Notes: generated from the letters alone by a model not told the origin. A DNA stretch of 64,000 bases from Thermoplasmatales archaeon I-plasma (GCA_001856825.1 ATMD01000004.1:170568-234567); one strand, 5' to 3'; shown: positions 18,980-27,831, counted from the stretch's first letter. Program-made: numbers and translations.

Positions 18980-19275
18980 TATTCGCCTCCCAATATCTCT
19001 TCTATCTCCTTCAAATGCTTTGCAACTTTCTTGCCTTTCTCGGTGAGAGAGATAACATTTTGAGGATGATTCCTACTTTTATCTACGGTCATTGTAATCA
19101 GGTCTAATTCTTTCAGCGCTGCGAGTGTTCTGTATAAGGTAGTAGAGGAAATTCCCTTGTCATCAATAAATGACTGAAAATTCAACTTATTTTCAATTTC
19201 TAGAATAAGGAGGATACGTATCATTTGCGCATGTCTCTCAAATGACTGAATTTTAAATTGCTGTGTACTTTTCAC
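18979..19275 (-). CDS. small winged-helix transcription regulator
   Basis: 98 aa with GTG start. ISSTTLYRTLAALKELDLI (recognition-helix-like), then a wing, then a C-terminal helix. Its stop overlaps the next ATG (TAATG). Confidence 0.6.
   Translation of the reverse strand: MKSTQQFKIQSFERHAQMIRILLILEIENKLNFQSFIDDKGISSTTLYRTLAALKELDLITMTVDKSRNHPQNVISLTEKGKKVAKHLKEIEEILGGE
18986..19030. repeat. junction repeat, copy 1 (the authentic 3' end of the wHTH gene)
   Basis: See copy 2. Encodes ..KVAKHLKEIEEILGGE*. Confidence 0.85.
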
Positions 19276-19319
19276 TATTAGAAATAAATTCTTACAATTA
19301 ACTTATTTACTGCCGACTT

Positions 19320-19877
19320 TTAGAAGTGAAATGTATTAATATTGATTATACGTTTCACCTTTTCTTGTATGATGCCATGTATGATTGGCCGCAAAATCAC
19401 CCTAAGATAAATTATTCCGGTTTGTTTCAGAAAGGCGCACAATACATGATTAATGAAGGAAAGACAAGTCTTATCCTGAGTTACATAGAGCGCTGTAGGT
19501 GATTCACCATGACTTTTCCGCCAGACAATGAACGGAGAGAATATGCCTCCTATTACATAAAGGCAGTCAAGATATTCAAAGTGGTGTTCAAATAGCTCAA
19601 CGGAAGGGACCAACGGAATTAGAAATCGGTGACTTCTAGAAGATAGGCGTCATAACATTTGGGTACATTCCGAGGGGAAACGACCAGCAAAGGTTTTCAC
19701 AGGAATGGCCACAAAGTATCTAAAATACGGCCAAGAATTATAATAAAACAAGCTCCTCAGAACAACAGAAGAATCAACCCACACTGCAGCAGAAAGCTGT
19801 TGAGCCAAATACCGGATGGAAATCAGAAATCCTGAGACTTTTGAACCAATTTCATCAGAATCTAGAAAAGAAATCAC
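19320..19877 (-). pseudogene. 186-codon reading frame interrupted by a single in-frame TGA; unknown function
   Basis: Track ORFs 19650..19877 and 19320..19613 are in the same frame, separated only by a TGA at 19650-19652 and 12 sense codons. Confidence 0.35.
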
Positions 19878-20055
19878 AGTCCAAGATTGTCATCGTGAAG
19901 AAGCTCCCCGGTGGTAATTGGAAACCTAACGAACGGGTTATCGTGCCATAACTTGACACTCCTGCCTTCCGGGAGGTTTCAATTTTTGGAGACTTTTGTC
20001 GTCGTGCACCACAGTTTGGAATTAAAAAGCTCTCGTCATGATATAAATGTCTCTA

Positions 20056-20130
20056 CGGGCCCGCCGGGATTTGAACCCGGGTCGTCGGCTCCGAAGGCCA
20101 AAAGGATGATCCAAACTACCCCACGGGCCC
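20056..20130 (-). tRNA. tRNA-Arg (anticodon UCG)
   Basis: Hand-folded cloverleaf: acceptor GGGCCCG/CGGGCCC, T-arm CCGGG-TTCAAAT-CCCGG, anticodon arm TTGGC-CTTCGGA-GCCGA. No encoded CCA. Confidence 0.85.
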
Positions 20131-20257
20131 GCAACTATATTCCGTAAATGTTATAAAAGATGCCTTTTCCATTGTTATTCCTGAGAAGTGAAGTGTGAAC
20201 ATGCATATGGTTACAGTAATCAGTTAGTTTTTTATCATCATAGGCATAAGGTGCTTA

Positions 20258-20330
20258 GCGAGCGTGGTGTAGCCTGGTAACACGTGAGCTTGCCAAGCTC
20301 ATGCCTCGGGTTCAAATCCCGGCGCTCGCA
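20258..20330 (+). tRNA. tRNA-Gly (anticodon GCC)
   Basis: Acceptor GCGAGCG/CGCTCGC, D-arm GTGT/ACAC, anticodon arm TGAGC-TTGCCAA-GCTCA, T-loop TTCAAAT. Confidence 0.9.
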
Positions 20331-20428
20331 CTGAAATTGGAAATTGGTGATATTATTCAGCTTATGAATCAATAATGATCATCACCGCTCCATATTGGAG
20401 GTGTTTATACCGTCCTTTAATGATTTAG

Positions 20429-21469
20429 TTATGGGTGGTTTGTCTTCCTCTGCATTTCTATCAGGTATCCCACCCTGTCAGATGTGCTTGGATGTGATAG
20501 GTTCCAGTATCTGGGAACGCTGACAGGAGTATGGTTCAACTTAGAAAGCTTAAGCAGTGAATCTGCGAGGAGTCCGGGACTGGTGTATCTTGCAGCCACG
20601 ATATCTGCTTCCTTCTCATACCTTCTGCGCAATATTGGCAGGAGCAAATAAGAAGTAATGAATATTGAAAAGACAAGCCCAAATAGCATTCCTATCCTCA
20701 GTCCATAATTCAGGATGTATACTATAAGGGAAAAAAGGGCATTTCCAATTGTAAAAGTGCATAATCCGACAAAAACCAAAGTCTTCTTGAGATGCTTCAT
20801 CTTTGCATGTGCAATCTCATGTGCCATTATCGCAACTTCCTCTTCCTCCGATAAGTTCTCCATCAGGAAGTTGGTGACGAATATGTAGTAGTGGGTTATG
20901 CCCGCCTGAAACGCATTTGCTATCCTTGACTTGCTCCAGTCCACTACCCTGTATCCCGAAATCTTGACACCCATTTTTCCTGCGATCTCATTCGCACCGT
21001 TGACTATATTTGTAGAACCAATATCCTTAGAATTTCTTTTCCACACTTTGACACGGATGTTTATTGCTATGCCAACCAATGCAGTGGATAAAATTACGTT
21101 CATGTATATCAGGGCAAGATAGGAACGACCGAAGGACAGGATATCCGCACCAGAAATTATCCAGAACGGAACGACTATGTAGAGGTAGGAAATGGAATTC
21201 CTGACATACATTCCGTACCTAGCTTTTACCTTCCTGTACCTGACATCCAGATTGAAAATAAGGTAGGATGATATCAGGAGGATTGGAATCAAGGCAACTG
21301 TTTCAATGAGAACTTCCTGAAAATAATTTGATGATTTGCTGGTAAAATAGAATATTAGGGATAGAAGTAGTACGATTATACCGGTCGTTATGCCTATCCT
21401 AGTCCTCTTCCTCCAGAATGTGATATTACTTTTCTCCTCACTTTCGTCCATGATTTCTTTCCAACACAA
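20429..21469 (-). CDS. membrane M48-family zinc metalloprotease (HtpX/Ste24-like)
   Basis: HEIAHAKMKH (HExxH) flanked by multiple TM helices. Confidence 0.8.
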   Translation of the reverse strand: MCWKEIMDESEEKSNITFWRKRTRIGITTGIIVLLLSLIFYFTSKSSNYFQEVLIETVALIPILLISSYLIFNLDVRYRKVKARYGMYVRNSISYLYIVVPFWIISGADILSFGRSYLALIYMNVILSTALVGIAINIRVKVWKRNSKDIGSTNIVNGANEIAGKMGVKISGYRVVDWSKSRIANAFQAGITHYYIFVTNFLMENLSEEEEVAIMAHEIAHAKMKHLKKTLVFVGLCTFTIGNALFSLIVYILNYGLRIGMLFGLVFSIFITSYLLLPILRRRYEKEADIVAARYTSPGLLADSLLKLSKLNHTPVSVPRYWNLSHPSTSDRVGYLIEMQRKTNHP

Positions 21470-21529
21470 TTGAACTCTGATTTAAACGTTTCACATATCA
21501 TGGTCTACAAGACAGATTTTCGGGGAAGG

Positions 21530-21973
21530 TTACTGCACGTACGGTGCATAAATCGATGGGAATGATTCCATCAGGTATAGGTTGACGTTCAGCACGTTAA
21601 CGTATTTAGTTCCGAAGAAGAACATAGTGTACTGGGTGTATTTTTCAAGCGTTGCATTCAGGAAGGATTCGGGGATGCCAGTAGCATTGTGAATCCTTGG
21701 GACCTGGCTTAGGGCGTAGGTAAGCGTTATGTCAGGGTCCACTCCAGATGCAGAATCGTTGCGCGGATGGAAGAATACTGGCGCACTGAAGTCCTGTGAT
21801 ATAAGGTCGGAACCTATTGACTTCCCGTCGTAATACACCTGTGAACCATTCGACTGCCATGGCGCTGCCACCTGCCCGATTCCCGTCATTATGATAGGGA
21901 ACAGCAGTCCGCATATGACGACTGAAATCAACGTCAGTCTTGCGGCTGTTGAGAGATTCCTGAAACCCTTCAT
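21530..21973 (-). CDS. kdpC: potassium-transporting ATPase subunit C (short form)
   Basis: N-terminal TM helix then GLLFPIIMTGIGQV..GS(D)LI(S)Q.F, and its position after kdpB. 147 aa, shorter than the usual length of about 190 aa. Confidence 0.8.
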   Translation of the reverse strand: MKGFRNLSTAARLTLISVVICGLLFPIIMTGIGQVAAPWQSNGSQVYYDGKSIGSDLISQDFSAPVFFHPRNDSASGVDPDITLTYALSQVPRIHNATGIPESFLNATLEKYTQYTMFFFGTKYVNVLNVNLYLMESFPSIYAPYVQ

Positions 21974-24105
21974 ACCTTCACCCCCATGATCAGAATCAGT
22001 ATTGCAATCAGCTTAATTGCTATGAAGGGCAGCACTATTCCTCCCAGTCCGTAGATGGTCACGTTCTTCAGAAACAGCGTCATGGTGCTTGCGGGCTTGA
22101 ATGCAGTCCCCCTCAGTGCAAGCGGAATCAGGACAGGGATTATCAGCGCATTATAAATCAGGGCGGAAATAACTGCTACGTGTGGGGTCAGGTGGAGTAC
22201 ATTCAATGCACCCAGTTCTGGCAGCGCGGCAAACATGACAGGGACTATCACGAAGTATTTTGCGATATCGTTGGCTATGCTGAATGTGGTCACAGTCCCC
22301 CTTGTCATCAGTATCTGTTTACCGAGCATCACAACGTCCATTATCTTCGATGGGTTTGACTCGAGATCAACCATGTTCGCTGCCTCCTTTGCCGGCTCCG
22401 TACCTGAAGCCATCGCCAGGCCGACATCAGCAGCCGAGAGTGCAGGGGCATCATTTGTACCGTCCCCTATCATGGAAACGATCTTTCCGTGTTTCTGCTC
22501 TTCCTTCACGAACTCGTATTTTGTCTCCGGTCTTGCCTTGGCTATGTAATCATCTATGCCAACGTCCTTTGAAATTACTCCGGCCGTGAGGGGTTGGTCT
22601 CCGGTAACCATCACCACCTCTATGTCCATGTCCCTGAGTGCCTTTATCTTCTCTTTTACGCCAGGTTTCACCTCATCGGTCAGCTTGATGAATCCAATTA
22701 CGTCTCCAGCCTCTGCGACGGCCATTATTGTTGCTCCGTCCTCTGATATCTTTTCCAGGACGGAATCAAAATTGGCAGGCTTGATCTTCACGTAATCTAT
22801 TATTGCATCTGGAGCTCCCTTCACGATTTCAAGGTCAGGCTGTTGTTCGCCAGGCTGGTATTTTCTCCTTAGCCTCTTCCTCTGGAGTATCCCTCTCCCG
22901 CTCTTCGGAAGGAGGAATTCGCGGGTGTCGCTCATCTTTATGCTGCTCCTTCTCGTGGCAGCGCTGAATTCCTCGAATTCTGACCTGTCCAGGGAACTGA
23001 AGGCCTGGGGAACGAAGCCCTGGTTGTATGCGAGCTCCACTATGCTCTTTCCCTCTGGAGTGTCGTCGTCCCACGACGATAGAAGTGCTGCTTCACCCAC
23101 TTCACGCTCAGTGTGATTGCCCAAAGGCACGAACTTGACTGCCTTCCTCATCCCCCTTGTTATCGTCCCCGTCTTGTCCAGCAGAAGGGCATCAGTGTCA
23201 CCTGAAGCCTCTATTGCTTTCCCGGATTTTGCAATTATCCTCTTAACAGACATCCTGTTGATGCCCGATATGCCGATCGCAGGAAGGAGGGCGCCAATGG
23301 TTGTTGGGAGGAGGCACACGTAAAGTGCAATGAGGACTGCAAGGTCAATTCCAAGCCTGAGGGTTACACCCAGGAACAACAGTGCTACAATTATGATCGT
23401 GAATATTGCAGTGAAGCCTGTTATGAGTATAGTCAGTGCTATCTCGTTTGGTGTCTTTGGCCTCGACGATGACTCCACCAGATTGATGAGCTTGCTGACG
23501 TATGTTTCCTCCGGATTCACGGAAACCCTTGCGACTAGACTGTCAGTCGTGACGACGGAGCCGCCAAGAAGTGTTGAACCAACTGACTTCCTTACGTTAG
23601 CAGATTCCCCAGTAAGGAGGGACTCATCTACCATCGCAATACCTTCCAGCACCTCCGAGTCTATCGGTACTTTGTCTCCGTGTTCTATCAGGATTATGTC
23701 ACCCTTTCGAAGCTGTTCTGAAGGCACAACATCGAAATTATTCCTGTTGGATGATTTAAGCCTCTTGGCGGTCATCTGCTCCTTCATCTTCCTGAGACTC
23801 GACGCTGTGTTGTGTACCTGCGCCTCGGCGATGGAATCTGAGAGAGTACTGAACCAGACGGTGATGATCAGAATCAGGGCGACCTCGGAATAGAATAATC
23901 TTTCCCCCGCCCTGGAGACTATGGGTATGAGCGTGGGGTCCAACGCCATTACGAGCACTATTGCGAACGTGATCTCGGTTACGAACATCACCATGTTGCT
24001 CTTCAATGAATAGGGATTCAACCTCTTCAGCGAATCAATTAAAATCGATGGCCAGTTGAGCCTGCTTTCCTTTCCGACCGTGGAATTAGAGGCCAAATAT
24101 AACAC
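21970..24105 (-). CDS. kdpB: potassium-transporting P-type ATPase subunit B
   Basis: DKTGTIT phosphorylation motif, MVTGD and GDGTNDAPAL. Overlaps kdpC by 4 nt. Confidence 0.95.
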   Translation of the reverse strand: MLYLASNSTVGKESRLNWPSILIDSLKRLNPYSLKSNMVMFVTEITFAIVLVMALDPTLIPIVSRAGERLFYSEVALILIITVWFSTLSDSIAEAQVHNTASSLRKMKEQMTAKRLKSSNRNNFDVVPSEQLRKGDIILIEHGDKVPIDSEVLEGIAMVDESLLTGESANVRKSVGSTLLGGSVVTTDSLVARVSVNPEETYVSKLINLVESSSRPKTPNEIALTILITGFTAIFTIIIVALLFLGVTLRLGIDLAVLIALYVCLLPTTIGALLPAIGISGINRMSVKRIIAKSGKAIEASGDTDALLLDKTGTITRGMRKAVKFVPLGNHTEREVGEAALLSSWDDDTPEGKSIVELAYNQGFVPQAFSSLDRSEFEEFSAATRRSSIKMSDTREFLLPKSGRGILQRKRLRRKYQPGEQQPDLEIVKGAPDAIIDYVKIKPANFDSVLEKISEDGATIMAVAEAGDVIGFIKLTDEVKPGVKEKIKALRDMDIEVVMVTGDQPLTAGVISKDVGIDDYIAKARPETKYEFVKEEQKHGKIVSMIGDGTNDAPALSAADVGLAMASGTEPAKEAANMVDLESNPSKIMDVVMLGKQILMTRGTVTTFSIANDIAKYFVIVPVMFAALPELGALNVLHLTPHVAVISALIYNALIIPVLIPLALRGTAFKPASTMTLFLKNVTIYGLGGIVLPFIAIKLIAILILIMGVKV

Positions 24106-25762
24106 CCCCTATGCTTAGTTTCATTCCTTGGAGGAACTGAAGCACCGGGCCAAGAACAAGGAATGGGAAGAACGTCAGCACGGTCAGAATGAAGATGCTG
24201 AATACCAGTATCACGACAAAACTTATGGAGCCAGTCTTCAACCCCTGTTTCTGGCTCCTCTTCCTCGTTGAAACGCCATCCGCTATTGCAAGCATGAATA
24301 GAATAGGCAGGAACCTGCCGACCCACATCACAATGCCCGTTGCCACATTGAAGAATACAGTATTTCCCGCAGCACCAAGGTAGTCCGACCCGTTGTTCGC
24401 AGCTGCTGAAGTGAATTCGTAGAATATCCTGGTGAAACCGGTGGCGTTGGCAGCGAGTCCAACGGTTGATTCTGCCCCGATGGCGAACGCTACAACCGTT
24501 GGAACGAGAATGATGATTGGGTGCGTGAGGAATGCTGCAACCGCTAGCTTAACGTCACTACCCTCTATCTTCACGCCCAGATATTCTGGCGTTCTCCCTG
24601 CCATGAGCCCCACAAGGAATATGGTTACTATGACATACATTATCAGGTACATTGCACCTACGCCTACCCCACCCGGTGCCGCCTGTATCAGCATGCCGAA
24701 GAAAGCAGTAAGGATGACTACCGGATTGAACCCTGAGAGGGATGCGTTCAGTGACCCAGTGGTGAATGCCGTCGTGGTTACAGTCCATAGCGTCGATGCC
24801 ACGCCTCCTATCCTCACCTCCAGGCCTCTCCCTATGACTGTTGTTGACAAGAAAGCTATGAGAAGATCGATACCGTATATTGCATAGGCCGCAAGGAACA
24901 ATGTCCTACCTTCCCTGTTGTCGCCAACCATCCTGCCGAACAGGAAAAGGAGGGATGTGGGAATGAACATCATCATTCCTATTTCGAAGAGGTCGCTCAG
25001 CTGGCTTGGATTCTGCAGTGGATAGGCTGAGTTTGCTCCGAAGTAGCCCCCACCGTTCGTCCCAAGTTGCATTATGGAGACGAGGGAGGCTACCGGCCCC
25101 TTGTAAAGAATCTCAGTTGCCCCCTTTTGAAGGGTTGAAACTGTCGGGTAGCCGCTCAGGGCTTGCGGAACACCCATGAAGATCAAAATGATCGTTGCAA
25201 TGAAGGCCAGGGGGAGTAACACCCTGGTGAGAGACCTGACGTAGTCGTAATAGAAATTCCCTATCGTCCTCGCCTTTCCGGCGAAACCCCTGATCACTGC
25301 AACGCCTACGGCTAGCCCAGTTGCAGCGGAAGTGAACTGTAGGAACTGAATCGCCGACATCTGGCTCAGGTAGGAGAGCGTCAATTCGCCGTTGTAATGC
25401 TGCAGATTGGTGTTGGATGAAAAGGAGAGGACGGTATTTAGGGCAAGGGACCATGACATCCCGGAATAGTGCATAGGATTCAACGGCAGGCTCTGCTGGA
25501 ACATAAGGATGAAGAATGCGAGGATTGCCTCCCCAGCATTCAGGTACAGGAGGGTCTTGAAATATTCTTTCCATCCCATGTTCTTGGAGCTGTCTATTCC
25601 AGCAAGGAGGTATATGAAATTCTCTACCGGAACTAAAATTCTGTCCAGCCTGCTCTTTCTTCCAGTGAAGACGCCTAATAGATAAGATGAAAGGAACCAG
25701 GAAAGGACTATGACTGTTCCCCATACGACGGCAACAACGAACAGGTCTTCAAGTGTGAGCAT
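24086..25762 (-). CDS. kdpA: potassium-transporting ATPase subunit A
   Basis: 558-aa polytopic protein with the repeated NTNLQHY/TNGGGYF-type selectivity segments of KdpA. Lies upstream of kdpB. Confidence 0.9.
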   Translation of the reverse strand: MLTLEDLFVVAVVWGTVIVLSWFLSSYLLGVFTGRKSRLDRILVPVENFIYLLAGIDSSKNMGWKEYFKTLLYLNAGEAILAFFILMFQQSLPLNPMHYSGMSWSLALNTVLSFSSNTNLQHYNGELTLSYLSQMSAIQFLQFTSAATGLAVGVAVIRGFAGKARTIGNFYYDYVRSLTRVLLPLAFIATIILIFMGVPQALSGYPTVSTLQKGATEILYKGPVASLVSIMQLGTNGGGYFGANSAYPLQNPSQLSDLFEIGMMMFIPTSLLFLFGRMVGDNREGRTLFLAAYAIYGIDLLIAFLSTTVIGRGLEVRIGGVASTLWTVTTTAFTTGSLNASLSGFNPVVILTAFFGMLIQAAPGGVGVGAMYLIMYVIVTIFLVGLMAGRTPEYLGVKIEGSDVKLAVAAFLTHPIIILVPTVVAFAIGAESTVGLAANATGFTRIFYEFTSAAANNGSDYLGAAGNTVFFNVATGIVMWVGRFLPILFMLAIADGVSTRKRSQKQGLKTGSISFVVILVFSIFILTVLTFFPFLVLGPVLQFLQGMKLSIGGVIFGL

Positions 25763-25860
25763 GTGTTCACCTACCGGCTAGACCTCCTTTGCATACCCCG
25801 TATGTGAGACTGACATAACAATCTTTATCCAGTCCTCCGGCAGGAAATACCAACCCCTTA

Positions 25861-26133
25861 TCACTCTGGGATGTCTAGGACGTGGTTCCTGTGTGATTTC
25901 AAAACTATCGATGTAACAGTGCTTTTTATCCCACTTATCTTCATTATCCTGTTTTTGAGCAAATCCCTGAATTCCTCAATGCTTGCAACGTTCACGAGAA
26001 CGATTACGTCAAACTCGCCGGTTACTTCATAGATCTGGATAGCGTTCTTTATCTCCTTTAGGGAGGATATCACCTGATCCATCTGCTGCGAGTCCACGAA
26101 CAAGTCCACGAATGCAAGTACTCTTTCTGCCAA
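25861..26133 (-). CDS. stand-alone Lrp/AsnC ligand-binding (RAM) domain protein
   Basis: 90 aa with the beta-alpha-beta-beta-alpha-beta pattern. Contains VTGEFDVIVLVNVASIEEFRDLL. Confidence 0.6.
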   Translation of the reverse strand: MAERVLAFVDLFVDSQQMDQVISSLKEIKNAIQIYEVTGEFDVIVLVNVASIEEFRDLLKNRIMKISGIKSTVTSIVLKSHRNHVLDIPE

Positions 26134-26218
26134 TTTTTCACTACCCGTTGGCTTCTTCCCACATAGGGTATCGATATAAAAATATTGGTCAGACCTTATA
26201 TACCCCTCTTTCCGCAGA

Positions 26219-27310
26219 TCAGCCCTTCCTCAGGAAGACAGTAAGATTGTCCCCGTCCTGGACTATGTGGTCCAGTCCTACCCTCTGGTTGGGGAATCTG
26301 ACAGACTTCCCTGTTATGGTTGCAAACTTGAACTTCTCCACGAAGTCCGTATGGACTGCCTTGCAGACATCCTCGACCGTGCTCCCCTCCCTTATGACCA
26401 TTGGTTCCTCGTCCGTTGGGGCGTTTGAAGGGATCAGGTGGACCCTTATCATCCTGACCTTGCCGGCAATCTTCTCCTTTAGAAGCTCTATATTCCTTTT
26501 CTTGACAATTGAAGTTGGTACGGCATCTATACCCATAGATTGGAGGAAATCGAACGCCTTCCTGAATTCCCGCGTATCTGATTTGTTCAATATGAACAGT
26601 GCGGGAACATAGACTCTGTTGCCCAGGAGGCCATCTATGAACACGTCCGACGTCATTGACTGCCTTATGATTATGTCAGCATTTATTATACCGAACTCCC
26701 TGCATATGGATTTCAGCAGGTCCGGATCGAAATCCGGCTTTCCAACCTTAGTTATGTTCAACCCTCCGCGGTCCTTCAATATTACTGACATCTTCGGTGG
26801 CTTCTGGTTAATCCTGATGCCCTCCCTCTGCAATTCCCTGAGGATGTAGGACGGATCGTACTTGAAGGGGTCAAGGACTATTACTATGAGGTCCACGTTC
26901 CTCAGAACCGAGATTACCTCCCTGCCCCTCCCCTTTCCCTCATGTGCACCCTCTATGACGCCTGGAAGGTCCAGGATCCTGAACTTCATGTCCTTGTATT
27001 CCATCACTCCTGGAACAATTGAAAGTGTTGTGAAATCGAATGCACCCACCCTGCTGTCAGCGTTTGTGATAGCATTCAGTATGCTGCTCTTCCCAACAGA
27101 TGGAGGACCGAGCAGCCCGATGCTGGGGTATATGCCCTTCTTTATGAAAAAACCCGTACCCCCGCCCTTCTTTGACCTTTCCTCCTTCGTCTTCTCTAGC
27201 CTGGCAATTTTTGCCTTTATCCTTCCAATATGGTGCTCCGTAGCCTTGTTGTATTGTGTCTTCTTTATCTCTTCCTCTAGTTCCCTTATTTCTTCATCTA
27301 TCGAGGGCAT
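26219..27310 (-). CDS. drg: Drg/Rbg-type GTPase with a C-terminal TGS domain
   Basis: GPPSVGKSS (G1), DLPGVIEGA (G3), NKSD (G4), and a C-terminal TGS-like segment. Confidence 0.9.
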   Translation of the reverse strand: MPSIDEEIRELEEEIKKTQYNKATEHHIGRIKAKIARLEKTKEERSKKGGGTGFFIKKGIYPSIGLLGPPSVGKSSILNAITNADSRVGAFDFTTLSIVPGVMEYKDMKFRILDLPGVIEGAHEGKGRGREVISVLRNVDLIVIVLDPFKYDPSYILRELQREGIRINQKPPKMSVILKDRGGLNITKVGKPDFDPDLLKSICREFGIINADIIIRQSMTSDVFIDGLLGNRVYVPALFILNKSDTREFRKAFDFLQSMGIDAVPTSIVKKRNIELLKEKIAGKVRMIRVHLIPSNAPTDEEPMVIREGSTVEDVCKAVHTDFVEKFKFATITGKSVRFPNQRVGLDHIVQDGDNLTVFLRKG

Positions 27311-27831
27311 TCACGCTTACCTTCACCAGACTTAGTTCTTCGAAATCGTAGCTCAGCTTCCGCAGCGTCTCGAAGCTAAGTCCTTCAAACATATCCTTCC
27401 GGATGGGGGATAATGAAGACTCTATATAAAAAGCGTGTTTGGAAAAATCTACGAATTCCCTGATGAATCTTAGTCGTGACCTCATTTCCCACTGGTCCCC
27501 CAGTCCAGGATGTGTCATCGGGGGAATCTTCAGGAAGATAAGGAGGATTGAAGATGCAGTAGTCGAACTTCCCCTTGACCCCCTTGAACATGTCTGCCAG
27601 GACCACATTCACGTGGAACCCGTTCAAAAAGGCATTCTTCCTGGCGCATTCAGCTGCTTTCCTGGATATGTCCACCAGAGTGACATCTATTCCCCTTGCA
27701 GCATAATGCAACCCAACGATACCTGTTCCGCACCCTATCTCGATCAATTTTCCCTTGATTTCATCAATGCCTGTAAGGAGATAGGAATCATCTTCTGGAT
27801 CGTAGACCCCTTCACAGCGCTCTATTCTCAT
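27294..27831 (-). pseudogene. N5-glutamine (HemK/Mtq2-like) methyltransferase, apparently frameshifted
   Basis: Frame A reads EIGCGTGIVG..FNPPYLPEDS..WTGGPVGNEVTT. The homologous continuation RFIREFVDFSKHAFYIESSL..EELSLVKV is in another frame (track ORF 27294..27608). The switch lies near 27465-27480. Confidence 0.65.

Noticed and set aside
19911-20147. 78-aa plus-strand ORF covering the tRNA-Arg locus. I considered an SSV-type split integrase fragment overlapping a tRNA.
   Set aside because: The translation is just the tRNA complement read as protein (..GPPGFEPGSSAP..). It has no integrase motifs, so it is spurious.
21732-25724. Many long ORFs on the strand opposite kdpC/kdpB/kdpA (for example 22235..22549, 23330..23893, 24432..24887, and same-strand off-frame 25113..25724)
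   Set aside because: They lie wholly inside well-supported kdp genes and have Ser/Pro/Arg-rich low-complexity translations. These are shadow ORFs.
25763-25860. Search for kdpF upstream of kdpA
   Set aside because: The only small frames (12 and 28 codons) are not hydrophobic.
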